From contig JADHVC010000002.1 in the NCBI GenBank assembly GCA_016784175.1, positions 330-64,329 of the forward strand: a stretch of 64,000 nucleotides of DNA, read 5' to 3'. The notes under the pieces were generated by a model. It had not been told where the DNA came from. It did not search any database and saw nothing but the letters and a program-made list of their open reading frames with translations. This stretch comes from Patescibacteria group bacterium (GTDB lineage: Bacteria; Patescibacteriota; Patescibacteriia; Patescibacteriales; BS150m-G62). Of the stretch, positions 35,701-45,458 are shown piece by piece (the stretch's first letter is position 1; the number at the start of each line of letters is the position of its first letter). The translations under genes and the position numbers were made by a program.

Positions 35701-37950
35701 ATGAAATACCCCAGGCTATTATTTTGTTTTTTATCGTTATTTTTGTTTGTGCCATTTAGTGCTAGTGCCGTTGATTATGATTACCATATAGATAGTATTA
35801 CTGTTAGTGGCGACCCAACAATCAATAAGGATGTTGATGTGAAAGTTAAAGTTTATAATTATTCAACAGAACCATTGATCACAATGGATGTTGTAAACGA
35901 TTATTCTATAAATTTTGATAACTTTCGTTTATCTAGCGTAACTTTACCCACTATTTCAAGCACTAGTCCAATTGATGTGCTTGAATATTTTGAGTATATA
36001 ATCACAGGTCGTTTTATCGACTTTGATGGATCAAAGCTAATTTTTAATTTTAATACGCAAAATATTCCCTTTGAAGCGAATAGAGCTAACAATACCTATT
36101 CGGAAATAATAAATGTTATTTCGGCTCAGGATACGTCTGTTAATGAGATCGAAGTTATTCCTGAAAAGCCTGCTGTGGACGAAATAGTTATAATTAAAGT
36201 GAAAATCAAGAATGGAGGCGATATTGCCTTATCTTCAACTTTTGGTGTTAATGATTTTTTGCGAAATTTCCAGGACTTTGAAGAAACAGATCCTTTTACA
36301 TTTTCTACCTTTAGGGACAATATCTTCAATAAAGATCAAGAATTTATATATACTTATCGTGGAAAGTTTAAATCTATTGGAACAAAAGAGCTCAAATTTA
36401 CAATTGATGCGACAGATAGCATAAAGGAAATAAATGAAACAAATAATACTTTAGCAAACAATATTGAGGTAATCGGGAAAGAATCACTCGATGTTACTCT
36501 TCACCAAATAAAGTTACCAGACAAGGATATATTGTATAATACTGTTTTAGACATTAAGGCATCAATAAGGAATGGGGGCTCGGTTGCACTAAGTGATCCA
36601 ACAGGTATCTCTATAGATAGTCTTAAATATTCTATCCCCGGGTTTGTGGTAAGTTCAATATCTCAAGACAGCTATCCTACTGCTAGTGATCCCTTTAAAC
36701 CAACAGATATTTTTAACTATGTGTTTAGGGGGTGGTTTAATCAAACTGGCAATATTGATGTAAGTTTTATGATAGATAAGTATGACTATTTGGATGAGTC
36801 AGATGAAGTTAACAACCTTGCTACATCAACTTTAACAGTATATGTAAACCAAGAAGCAGCAGATGCTATTGTGATCTCTGATGTTTCAGTTAATCCGATA
36901 AGCTCAACATCGGTAGAAATATTGTGGAAAACGGACAGAGAAGCTACTTCAGAAGTTCGTTACAACAAATATAGATTTGGTTCATTTGATAGGTATAAGA
37001 TTCCAGAAAATGTACCAAACGATATATGGCCAAATAACACATCAGCAACTATCGACCATGCGGTAACGATTGTTGAGCTTGACAGCAATGCTAGTTACGA
37101 CTTTGAAGTTAATAGCACTCGAGGTAGTGTAAAAACATTTAGTCCAGTTGGTCACTTCGAGACGCCACCAACCGATAATGTATCTATCAATAATGTTAAT
37201 ATTTACCCAAATAAAGATGACAAGTCAGCAACAATTACCTGGAAAACAAGTTATCTAGCTGATAGCAATGTGTATTACTCAGAAGTTGGAAAGAACGACT
37301 ATATTTTTGTTGGTACAGCCGATCCAACCATGAATCATGCAATTAAATTGCAAAATTTAAAGCCTGTAGAATATAACTATTATGTCGAATCAAAGAACTC
37401 TAAAATTGCCTCTTCTACAAAATCAGCCATTTATAGTTTTTCCATGGTCTCTCTAGTTAAAGAGATAATTATTGCTCCAGAGTCAGAAAAACCAGCCATG
37501 AAGATCATAAATGAGCAAGAAAAAGATGTATTATTAGTGACTAATGGAAGTTTATTCCAAAAACTTAAAGGTCGCATTCTTCTTAAAGTAGAAGACGAGG
37601 GTGAAGCGTGGTATGTTAGCCCAGACGATGCTAAAAAGTATTACTTAGGTCGCCCAAGAGATGCTTTTAATGTAATGCGAACGTTTGGGGTGGGTATAAC
37701 TAATGCAAATTTGCAAAAGATCCAAGTGGGGGACAGATATACTCCAAAAATGGCTAGAGATGGTCTTGATTACAACTTCACCAAAAAGAATAGTGGCAAG
37801 ATATTTATAGCTGTTGAAGCAAATGGTGAAGCTTGGTATGTTAACCCTATCGACTTAAAAAGATATTATCTAGGTCGTCCCCAGGATGCTTTTCAGATAA
37901 TGCGCGAACTAAGCACAGGTATAACTAACGAAGACTTTATAAGGTTGTAG
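35701..37950 (+). CDS. Secreted multidomain protein (CARDB-like, FN3-like and two GEAWY modules)
   Basis: Signal peptide (FLFVPFSASA). Repeated CARDB-like ends (ANNTYSEIINV, ETNNTLANNIEV, EVNNLATSTLTV). Two FN3-like units (ISSTSVEILWKTDREATSEVRY; KSATITWKTSYLADSNVYY). C-terminal GEAWYVSPDDAKKYYLGRPRDAF and GEAWYVNPIDLKRYYLGRPQDAF. Confidence 0.7.
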   Translation: MKYPRLLFCFLSLFLFVPFSASAVDYDYHIDSITVSGDPTINKDVDVKVKVYNYSTEPLITMDVVNDYSINFDNFRLSSVTLPTISSTSPIDVLEYFEYIITGRFIDFDGSKLIFNFNTQNIPFEANRANNTYSEIINVISAQDTSVNEIEVIPEKPAVDEIVIIKVKIKNGGDIALSSTFGVNDFLRNFQDFEETDPFTFSTFRDNIFNKDQEFIYTYRGKFKSIGTKELKFTIDATDSIKEINETNNTLANNIEVIGKESLDVTLHQIKLPDKDILYNTVLDIKASIRNGGSVALSDPTGISIDSLKYSIPGFVVSSISQDSYPTASDPFKPTDIFNYVFRGWFNQTGNIDVSFMIDKYDYLDESDEVNNLATSTLTVYVNQEAADAIVISDVSVNPISSTSVEILWKTDREATSEVRYNKYRFGSFDRYKIPENVPNDIWPNNTSATIDHAVTIVELDSNASYDFEVNSTRGSVKTFSPVGHFETPPTDNVSINNVNIYPNKDDKSATITWKTSYLADSNVYYSEVGKNDYIFVGTADPTMNHAIKLQNLKPVEYNYYVESKNSKIASSTKSAIYSFSMVSLVKEIIIAPESEKPAMKIINEQEKDVLLVTNGSLFQKLKGRILLKVEDEGEAWYVSPDDAKKYYLGRPRDAFNVMRTFGVGITNANLQKIQVGDRYTPKMARDGLDYNFTKKNSGKIFIAVEANGEAWYVNPIDLKRYYLGRPQDAFQIMRELSTGITNEDFIRL

Positions 37951-38130
37951 AAATTATAAAAAATCTCAAGATAAAAAAGTGGTTTTAAATGCCGCTTTTT
38001 TATTTTTTTAGGTTAAGTTGTTAATAGTTAAGTTATTAAAATTTGTTTACTTTGAGTTTTATGTGTAGTAATATGTAATTTGTAAGAGTTAATTGTGGGG
38101 TATCTTTCGTTCTTTAAAAGGAGTTTTTTT

Positions 38131-39019
38131 ATGTGTGCTTTTGAAATATTAACTCGTGGTAATGGTTCTAGTGGTCTGATTGCCTCACTATCCCAATTCA
38201 CATTGGCCTGCGGATACACTGTTTTAGCAGGCACAGATCGTGGGGTTGGTTATTCTGATGTAAACCAAGACTGTATCGGAATAGATGTTGAAAATAATAG
38301 AATCGTCGTAGCTGACGGTCTTGGGTCAGATAAGGATAGCGAACTAGCGGCTAAGCTCGCTGTCGAATGCATCCTTAAGGGTCAAAAATCATTCCATGAA
38401 GTACAAAAAGAATTTTGTGGTTTAATTAACGGTGCAGATCGGACTGGCACTCTAGCGAATGGTTTTTCTGGGCAAATAGAGGGTGATACATGCCTTATCG
38501 CGTTAGAAATACAAGAAATCATGGGACAATTTAAAAAGCTTTCAATTGCGCAAGCTGGTGATGTAAAGCTAATTGTTGTAAGACCAAGTGTTATATATAA
38601 CCCAATTTTTACAACAGTTGATCAAACAGTGGCCCAAGAAGCTTATGATAGTGGAGAAATAAAAGATAAAAGACAGTACTATTGTTCCTTCTCAAAAGCA
38701 GATAGTAACGTCCACTTTCTTAACTAGTGAAGTAAAAATGACACAATTTTTTGTTAAGCGGGGTGATATTGTGTACATATATAGTGATGGTATAGGTGAT
38801 AATTTGCTTCCTGAAGAAATATCTATTATAACGCGTGGGCAATATTATGCTGACGCTTTTAGAGCGATCATAGACACTGTTACTGGAAGGATGTTGCGCT
38901 ATGGACTCGAGAGTCATTCAGGACAGTATCATTTCTCAAAAATATTTGGCCCATGTAAAGATGGTTTTTGGCAACCACCCAAGGCGGATAATCGTTCTTT
39001 AGTGGCAATTCAAATATAA
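38131..39019 (+). pseudogene. PP2C/SpoIIE-like Ser/Thr phosphatase split by a frameshift
   Basis: The first ORF (ends 38727, frame 1) carries GYSDVNQDCIG, VVADGLGS and AQAGDVKLIVV. The second ORF (38738..39019, frame 2, open from 38663) carries GDIVYIYSDGIGDNLLPEEI and DNRSLVAIQI. Together they make one PP2C-like domain. AGGAG lies 7 nt before the ATG at 38131. Confidence 0.5.
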
Positions 39020-39038
39020 CAAATCGCAAAAACATTTT

Positions 39039-39071
39039 AGCTGCAGCTTTTTATGACTGCAGCTTTTTTTT
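39039..39071 (+). terminator. Rho-independent terminator
   Basis: AGCTGCAG (39039-46) pairs with CTGCAGCT (39057-64), followed by a T8 run. Confidence 0.75.
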
Positions 39072-39108
39072 GTTTTTTTAAAGCATTGTGCTAATATGAA
39101 AAAATATT

Positions 39109-39298
39109 GTAACTGCTCACTATACTTGCATTATTTTTGAGCGCATATGGAATATGTAGTAATTTTTAGCAGAATTTAACTTAAAGAATTTTATGTTTGA
39201 GTGAAGCGAGTTTAAAATTTTTGTTAAATTGTGCGTAAAAAAATTGCCCAATATTCAATCCTAAGCGAAAAAGTGATGCAAGTATAGTGAGCAGTTAC
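39109..39298 (+). mobile_element. Foldback MITE-like element, full copy (190 bp)
   Basis: GTAACTGCTCACTATACTTGCAT...ATGCAAGTATAGTGAGCAGTTAC. The first 23 nt at the two ends are perfectly complementary. Flanks are AAAATATT and AAAAGATT (7/8). Confidence 0.9.
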
Positions 39299-39319
39299 AA
39301 AAGATTATATTGATTCTTA

Positions 39320-41539
39320 ATGATTCTATTAAATTATATGTCTAAAAATATCTATAAACTTATCTTAAAGGTGGGCGTGTATATGTCTCTTTTTTCTGTA
39401 TTTTTAGTTTATAGTGGTTTCTTGTTTCCCTATATTACTTCAAAGCAAATATATTTTAATATATTAATCGAATTTATAAGTATATTTTGGGTAGTATATT
39501 TATTGAAATATCCAAAAGAAAGACCAAAAATAACTTATGTTGGTTGGGGTTTAATAGCATATTTCTCTGTAGTTTTACTCACATCCTTCACGGGCGTAGA
39601 TTTTAATCTAAGCTTCTGGGGTGATATTGAGCGAATGCTTGGTTTTTTTCACATAGTTCACTTCTTAGTCCTCTATTTTATTATAATAACTGTGATGCGT
39701 GAATGGCAGGACTGGAAGATATTTTTACTTCTTTCTGTTATTTTAGCCCAGATAGTAAGTTTAAACGGTATTGTTGGCCAGGCTTATTCTACTATCGGCA
39801 ATACTGCTTATGTTGCTGGTTATATAATATTTAACATATTTTTTACTTTTATTCTTATTGCTCGCGAGCAAAATATAAGGTTGCGTTGGGCATATTTGGC
39901 ATTATTACCACTTTTAGTAAAGCAGTTTTTGCTCGCTAGTTCCGCTGGTGGGGCATTTGGATTGGGTTTTAGTTTTTTTGTTATGCTTTTTTTGTATGGC
40001 ATGTTTAGCTCTAATCAAAAAATAAAAAAATATACCTTCGCAGCCATAATTACCTTCTCCGTTCTAACAATAACTGCATTTTCTAATAAGTCGCTAATGA
40101 AAGATACTTCCTTGTTAAGCGACATGTCTTTTGAAAAAAATACCTTTAAAACAAGGCTTATTTCATGGAAGGCCGCTATGTACGATATGCCAAATCATTT
40201 TTTCTTAGGAACTGGATTTGGAAATTTTGCGGTAACTTTTGATAAATATTTTGATCCAATTTTTTATAACTATTCAAGAAGTGAAACATATTTTGACAGA
40301 GCACATAATAATATAATTGAAATTGCCTCAACTACTGGAATGCTAGGGCTAATGGCATATCTCTCAATCTTTTTAGCCGCCGGTATATATCTAATAAGAT
40401 ATTTTAATAGTGGCGTAATTAACATTTATGATTTTTGTTTTGTAAGTGCATTGTTGATAGCCTATTTCGTTCAAAACTTAGCTGTTTTTGATTCTTTAGT
40501 TACATTTATAGGTCTAATGATGACGCTTGGTTATGTGCATTGGATAACGCAAAATAGGGGAGTCGTCACTCAAGAAATTTACTCTGAGGAAAACAATGGA
40601 AAAGTAATAGTTACGAGAGACAATGAAATTTTTGCTTTAGTGGTAGTTGGTTTTGTATTTATTACAATTATTTATCAATACAATTATAAGCCAATAAGAA
40701 TGTTAAAAGGGACAATCGATGGGCAAATTGCATTTATTGAAGGGGATTATCCTAGAGCTAATAAGCACTATGCTCAAGCATTAAGTTATCACACTGGCTT
40801 AGACAGAGATTCAAAAGTTGCTTTTGTACGTGAGGTTGGTAGTCGGATTAGCAGCTTAATCTCATTACCAAAGGAAGAGCGTGATTCAATGGTTAATATG
40901 GCAATAAGATTGGCCGAGGAGAATGTAGCTTTAAATCCACTTGATAGTATGTTGCAATTACAATTGTCTCAAATATATAGAGTGGCTGCTGATTATTATA
41001 CAAATGATCATGCTCTTGCATTAGATCTATTTAATAAATCCAACGATGCTATTGATAGGTCTATCGAAAGCTCTCCAAGAAGAATTAGAATTTATTTTTC
41101 AAAAGCTCAAATTTTACTTTCGGCTGGCAAGACAGAGGATGCAATAGAAATTTTAAAATATGCCAGTACGTTAAATGAAGACTATTATGACACTTTTTGT
41201 CATCTTGGCGGTATTGCGCTTTCTCTAAATGACAAAGAAGAGGCTTATGGTGCATTTGATAAATGTTTAGCACTCAACGGGCAGGGAGTGCTAACTACTC
41301 CAAGCGTGGTTTTCGAATTAGTAAAACACTACAAGGAGATTGGAAATATGGATAATGTTATCAAATTGCTTATTAGGTTAGCCGAGCTTGATCCAAAAAA
41401 TACCAGCATTTTAATAGAGTTAGCTAAACAATATGCGTCTATTGGTGATGTTGAAAACGCAAAAAAAGCAACTTTTAAGGCTACTGAATTAAATCCAAAT
41501 TTGCGAACGCAGGCAATGGAGTTTATTGAAAACTTATAG
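39320..41539 (+). CDS. O-antigen ligase/polymerase-like (Wzy_C) polytopic membrane protein with C-terminal TPR domain
   Basis: At least 10 hydrophobic helices. Wzy_C-type signature RAHNNIIEIASTTGMLGLMAYLSIF. C-terminal TPR-like repeats (AIEILKYASTLNEDYYDTF..., DVENAKKATFKATELNP). Confidence 0.7.
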   Translation: MILLNYMSKNIYKLILKVGVYMSLFSVFLVYSGFLFPYITSKQIYFNILIEFISIFWVVYLLKYPKERPKITYVGWGLIAYFSVVLLTSFTGVDFNLSFWGDIERMLGFFHIVHFLVLYFIIITVMREWQDWKIFLLLSVILAQIVSLNGIVGQAYSTIGNTAYVAGYIIFNIFFTFILIAREQNIRLRWAYLALLPLLVKQFLLASSAGGAFGLGFSFFVMLFLYGMFSSNQKIKKYTFAAIITFSVLTITAFSNKSLMKDTSLLSDMSFEKNTFKTRLISWKAAMYDMPNHFFLGTGFGNFAVTFDKYFDPIFYNYSRSETYFDRAHNNIIEIASTTGMLGLMAYLSIFLAAGIYLIRYFNSGVINIYDFCFVSALLIAYFVQNLAVFDSLVTFIGLMMTLGYVHWITQNRGVVTQEIYSEENNGKVIVTRDNEIFALVVVGFVFITIIYQYNYKPIRMLKGTIDGQIAFIEGDYPRANKHYAQALSYHTGLDRDSKVAFVREVGSRISSLISLPKEERDSMVNMAIRLAEENVALNPLDSMLQLQLSQIYRVAADYYTNDHALALDLFNKSNDAIDRSIESSPRRIRIYFSKAQILLSAGKTEDAIEILKYASTLNEDYYDTFCHLGGIALSLNDKEEAYGAFDKCLALNGQGVLTTPSVVFELVKHYKEIGNMDNVIKLLIRLAELDPKNTSILIELAKQYASIGDVENAKKATFKATELNPNLRTQAMEFIENL

Positions 41540-41551
41540 TTTTACTATCTA

Positions 41552-41602
41552 AATATTCCATCCTAAGCAAAAAAAGTGATGTAGGTATAAGTGAGCACTT
41601 AC
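41552..41602 (+). mobile_element. Fragment (right ~51 nt) of the foldback element
   Basis: AATATTCCATCCTAAGCAAAAAAAGTGATGTAGGTATAAGTGAGCACTTAC. Confidence 0.8.
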
Positions 41603-41615
41603 ATAAATCTCATCT

Positions 41616-42809
41616 TTAAAGTAACGCTTCATAAACCTCATTTGTTTCGGTGAGCATGTTTTCAATTTTAAAGTTTTCTTGAATATTTATTTTGAGTGCT
41701 TCACCAAATTTTATCCTTTTCTTTGGGTCATCAATTAATTCTTTTATACTTCGAGCTAATTCATCCGGTTTTCCAGCCTCAACAAGTAGCCCATTAACAT
41801 CACCCTGAATTATGTCTGATGCACCTCCAACATTAGTGCTTGTTACTGCTAACCCAGCTAAGCCAGCTTCTAATATTGAGTACGGTAAACCTTCTTTCAC
41901 TGAAGAGCAAGCATATATGTCAAAAGCCTTCAGCAAAACACTAGCATTCTGCATTGATCCAGCAAGGATTATATCGTCTTGTAAATTTTTTTGTCTAATC
42001 ATATCTTCTAACTTCTCTCTTTCCTCTCCTTCTCCAATTATAATAGCCTTGATGTTTATAGTATTCTTGATTTGAATTTGTAATGCAATTTTTACAATCT
42101 CAAAAGCTTGGATAAAGTCACCAAAACCCTTGGCTGGATATAAGTTACCAATTGACCCAATCAAGATTGTTGATTTATTAATAGCTAGTCTATCGCCCAG
42201 TAAGTTTTTCAGTGCTTCCAGTGCAGCAGTTTTTTCCAAAAAGTTATCTGCTTTCGTATCTATTCCACTATAAATAAGATTTAACTTGTTTTGTGGAATA
42301 TTTAAGACTTTCCTGGCTGCAATTAAGTCGGGTTTATTTGTGCAGATTATTGCATTTTTTGTTTTAACGGTTCGTTTTTGTGCTAACTTATATAGTGCTA
42401 TTTGCCATTTTGGTATTGGTTCATTAAATATCCATCCATGCGCAGTATACACAACTTTTGTTTTAGTTATAGAACATGCTATAGAGCCTAAAATAGAAGT
42501 TTTAGATGAGTTTAAGTGAACTATGTCAGGGTCAATTTTTCTTATTATTTTAACTAATTTTATGATTGTTTTTATATCATTGATGGGTGAGATGGATCGC
42601 GTTAAGCTGTCTATGCAGAAATACGAAATTTTATTGTTAGTTAATATTTCTCTAAATTTGTTTTCTGGACTATTGCAACCAGAAACAACACCTACTCTGT
42701 ATTTTTCACTAAGGCCAACTGCCAAGTCAATAATATATTTTTGAGAACCGCCAAGCTCAGATTTAGTTACGATATAAAGAATTATCTTTTTTATTTTATT
42801 GTTTATCAT
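41616..42809 (-). CDS. Glycosyltransferase family 4 (GT-B)
   Basis: N-terminal ELGGSQKYIIDLAVGL. C-terminal EGLPYSILEAGLAGLAVTSTNVGGASDII (E-x7-E type motif). Confidence 0.8.
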   Translation of the reverse strand: MINNKIKKIILYIVTKSELGGSQKYIIDLAVGLSEKYRVGVVSGCNSPENKFREILTNNKISYFCIDSLTRSISPINDIKTIIKLVKIIRKIDPDIVHLNSSKTSILGSIACSITKTKVVYTAHGWIFNEPIPKWQIALYKLAQKRTVKTKNAIICTNKPDLIAARKVLNIPQNKLNLIYSGIDTKADNFLEKTAALEALKNLLGDRLAINKSTILIGSIGNLYPAKGFGDFIQAFEIVKIALQIQIKNTINIKAIIIGEGEEREKLEDMIRQKNLQDDIILAGSMQNASVLLKAFDIYACSSVKEGLPYSILEAGLAGLAVTSTNVGGASDIIQGDVNGLLVEAGKPDELARSIKELIDDPKKRIKFGEALKINIQENFKIENMLTETNEVYEALL

Positions 42810-42877
42810 ATGCTTACTATTATATAATAATTCAATATATTTGTTAAATTCTTAAATATGCTATAATTAAATTAGTT

Positions 42878-44170
42878 ATGAATATATCAATAAAAATTCT
42901 ATTAATCTGTCTAATGTTTTTCACAGGAGGTGTTGCTCATGCTGCAATACCTTCCGATCTTAACCCTACTTCATCGCTTGGTGAATATACTGGATCGCTT
43001 TCGCTTAAGGCAACGAGAGTATCTGATTTCTCTTATGGTTTGGACCTCTCAACTGGTCAAAAGGATGTTGAGTTGCTCAAATTTAATCTTGAGATAAAAG
43101 GATCCGAGGGCGCTGGTTTGACTTGGCTTGGTCTTCGTCAGGTAGGTTTTGAAAATAAATTTACTAATATTCGAGCATACTTTGGTAATCAAAAATTAGG
43201 ACGAAGTATCGATAATTCAGAGTTCTTGGGTGAGGTTATTGACTTTTATAGTTTGGATCAGAGCTTTAGTAAAAATACAAAAAATAGAGTAAGAATAGTT
43301 GGCGATGTTTTAAGTACGGCCTCTCAGGGTCCTGCTACATTAGCTTTTGCTGGTGCCGATTTTAAGGGTACTCAAACTGATTGGGTTAGATCGATAGCAG
43401 AAATAAGTAATACTATTGAATCTAGGATAATAACCACTGATAATACCAAGTTTATAGATCCGACTTCTCCCGAAGACGAATTTGTAGATGAATTTTATCC
43501 TCCGGTAAATCCAACTGATCCTGTCTTACCACCATCAAATCTAACTGGTACTATTTTATCGTCAGTTGGCGAGGCTAAGTGTGATTCAAGTTATCCTACT
43601 GTTGGCGTTAGCGTAAAAAATACAAATTTGTATAGTAAATTAAAAGGCAGGATTATCCTAAAAGTGGAGGAAAACGGTGAGGCATTTTATGTCCACCCAA
43701 CAAAAAAATATATGTATTATCTATGTCGTCCAAGCCATGCTTTCAGGATAATGCGCGAGCAAAGTACTGGTATAACCTCAGCTAGTTTAGAAAAAATGCC
43801 TTATGGTTTAAGCGATCTAAGTGGAGTAGATTCAGATGGAGATGGACTCCCAGACATATTTGAGGATGCTATAGGTACAAATAGAAATTTAAGTAATACA
43901 GATGGGGAAGGTAGCACCGATAGGGTAGATATATTAAATGGTCTTGATCCAAAAAAAAATGGCGCACTAAATACAAATACAAGCAATTCGGCACGGCATA
44001 ATGGTAAAATATTCTTACAAGTTCAGGACCATGGTGAAGCTTGGTATATTTATCCAATTGACTCAATTAGGTACTACTTGGGTCGACCAAGTCATGCCTT
44101 AACAATCATGCGCAGTATGGGGTTGGGCATAAATGATAGTGATTTTAATAAAATGTATTATGACAATTAA
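42878..44170 (+). CDS. Secreted protein with a TSP3-like motif and two GEAWY modules
   Basis: Signal peptide (FFTGGVAHA). DSDGDGLPDIFE. GEAFYVHPTKKYMYYLCRPSHAFRIMRE and GEAWYIYPIDSIRYYLGRPSHALTIMRS. Confidence 0.65.
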   Translation: MNISIKILLICLMFFTGGVAHAAIPSDLNPTSSLGEYTGSLSLKATRVSDFSYGLDLSTGQKDVELLKFNLEIKGSEGAGLTWLGLRQVGFENKFTNIRAYFGNQKLGRSIDNSEFLGEVIDFYSLDQSFSKNTKNRVRIVGDVLSTASQGPATLAFAGADFKGTQTDWVRSIAEISNTIESRIITTDNTKFIDPTSPEDEFVDEFYPPVNPTDPVLPPSNLTGTILSSVGEAKCDSSYPTVGVSVKNTNLYSKLKGRIILKVEENGEAFYVHPTKKYMYYLCRPSHAFRIMREQSTGITSASLEKMPYGLSDLSGVDSDGDGLPDIFEDAIGTNRNLSNTDGEGSTDRVDILNGLDPKKNGALNTNTSNSARHNGKIFLQVQDHGEAWYIYPIDSIRYYLGRPSHALTIMRSMGLGINDSDFNKMYYDN

Positions 44171-44178
44171 ATTTTAAT

Positions 44179-45210
44179 ATGAACTTAATAAATTTCTCTA
44201 CAATATTTATCTCGCTGGTGCTGGTTTTTTACATATTATCTATCGGAAAATCATTTTTTATTCCAATAGTGATCGCTGTTGTTATTTGGTATCTGATAAT
44301 TGCTATGGCAAGTTTTTTTGGAAAGATTATGTTGAACGAAAAAAGAGCTATCCCTAGGTGGCTAGCCCTTTCATTTTCTCTTATCTCAATATTTTTTATT
44401 TTTTGGGCGCTTATCAGTCTTCTTGAGGCAAATATTCAATCTGTTGTAAGTGCGGCTCCGGGTTATCAAGAAAAGTTTAAAGCTTTGGCGATAAGGTCAT
44501 TTAATGCTATGCATATTGATCAATCGTCAACGCTAGATACGGTGCTCGAGTCTATTAATTTAACAAGTATGGTTGGAAATTTGGCTAACTTTGCAGCCAC
44601 TTTGGCTAAGAATATTAGTATGATATTTATTTATGTTTTGTTTCTACTGGCCGAATATCGAACATTTAATGATAAATTTGCTAAGTTATTTAAAGATAAA
44701 GGTCAACAAAAAAAAGTTAGTGACATTGTAGTGAAGATCGATCAGGATATTAAGACATATATTTCCATTAAAACCATCGCTAGTTTTGTTACTGCATGTT
44801 TAAGTTTTGTAGTGCTTGTTTTTGTGGGCGTGGATTTTCCGGTTTTTTGGGCTCTAATAATATTTTTACTAAATTTTATTCCTACGGTTGGTTCCATTGT
44901 TGCAGTTATATTTCCTGTTTTACTTACATTAATTCAATTTGATACATTGGGGCCCTTTATTGTAGTATTGGTACTTTTAATGTCGGTACAAGTTTTAATT
45001 GGAAATGTACTTGAGCCAAAATTCATGGGAAAGTCATTGAATTTAAGCCCACTAGTTATTATTATTTCTTTGGTTCTTTGGGGTAATGTCTGGGGAGTAA
45101 CTGGTATGTTTTTGTGCGTTCCAATTATGGTAATTTTAAATATTGTGCTATCAAAGTTCTCAAAAACTAGGTCATTAGCTATTATCTTCTCAGCTTCTGG
45201 AAAGATATAA
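44179..45210 (+). CDS. AI-2E family transporter (PerM/UPF0118)
   Basis: Polytopic membrane protein. FIPTVGSIVAVIFPVLLTL and LEPKFMGKSLNLSPLVIIISLVLWGNVWGVTGMFLCVPI are the family's conserved C-terminal block. Confidence 0.8.
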   Translation: MNLINFSTIFISLVLVFYILSIGKSFFIPIVIAVVIWYLIIAMASFFGKIMLNEKRAIPRWLALSFSLISIFFIFWALISLLEANIQSVVSAAPGYQEKFKALAIRSFNAMHIDQSSTLDTVLESINLTSMVGNLANFAATLAKNISMIFIYVLFLLAEYRTFNDKFAKLFKDKGQQKKVSDIVVKIDQDIKTYISIKTIASFVTACLSFVVLVFVGVDFPVFWALIIFLLNFIPTVGSIVAVIFPVLLTLIQFDTLGPFIVVLVLLMSVQVLIGNVLEPKFMGKSLNLSPLVIIISLVLWGNVWGVTGMFLCVPIMVILNIVLSKFSKTRSLAIIFSASGKI

Positions 45211-45222
45211 TCAGAAAAGTAT

Positions 45223-45410
45223 GTAACTACTCACTATGTCTGCATTATTTTTGAGCGCATATGGAATAAGTAGTAATTTTTAGCAGAATTTAACTTAAAA
45301 AATTTTTGTTTGAGTGAAGCGAGTTTAAAATTTTTATTAAATTGTGCGTAAAAAATTGCCCAATATTCCATCCTAAGCGAAAAAGTGATGTAGATATAGT
45401 GAGTAGTTAC
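45223..45410 (+). mobile_element. Foldback MITE-like element, full copy (188 bp)
   Basis: GTAACTACTCACTATGTCTGCAT...ATGTAGATATAGTGAGTAGTTAC. No clear flanking direct repeat. Confidence 0.85.
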
Positions 45411-45458
45411 GATTTTACCGGGTGGTTTGTTAAATAACATTCCACCTTTTTTTATAAC

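Noticed and set aside
38028-38234. Minus-strand ORF 38028..38234 and the GTG start at 38095 for the PP2C-like gene.
   Set aside because: The minus-strand ORF overlaps the better-supported plus-strand gene and has no motif. The ATG at 38131 has an AGGAG 7 nt upstream, whereas 38095 has none.
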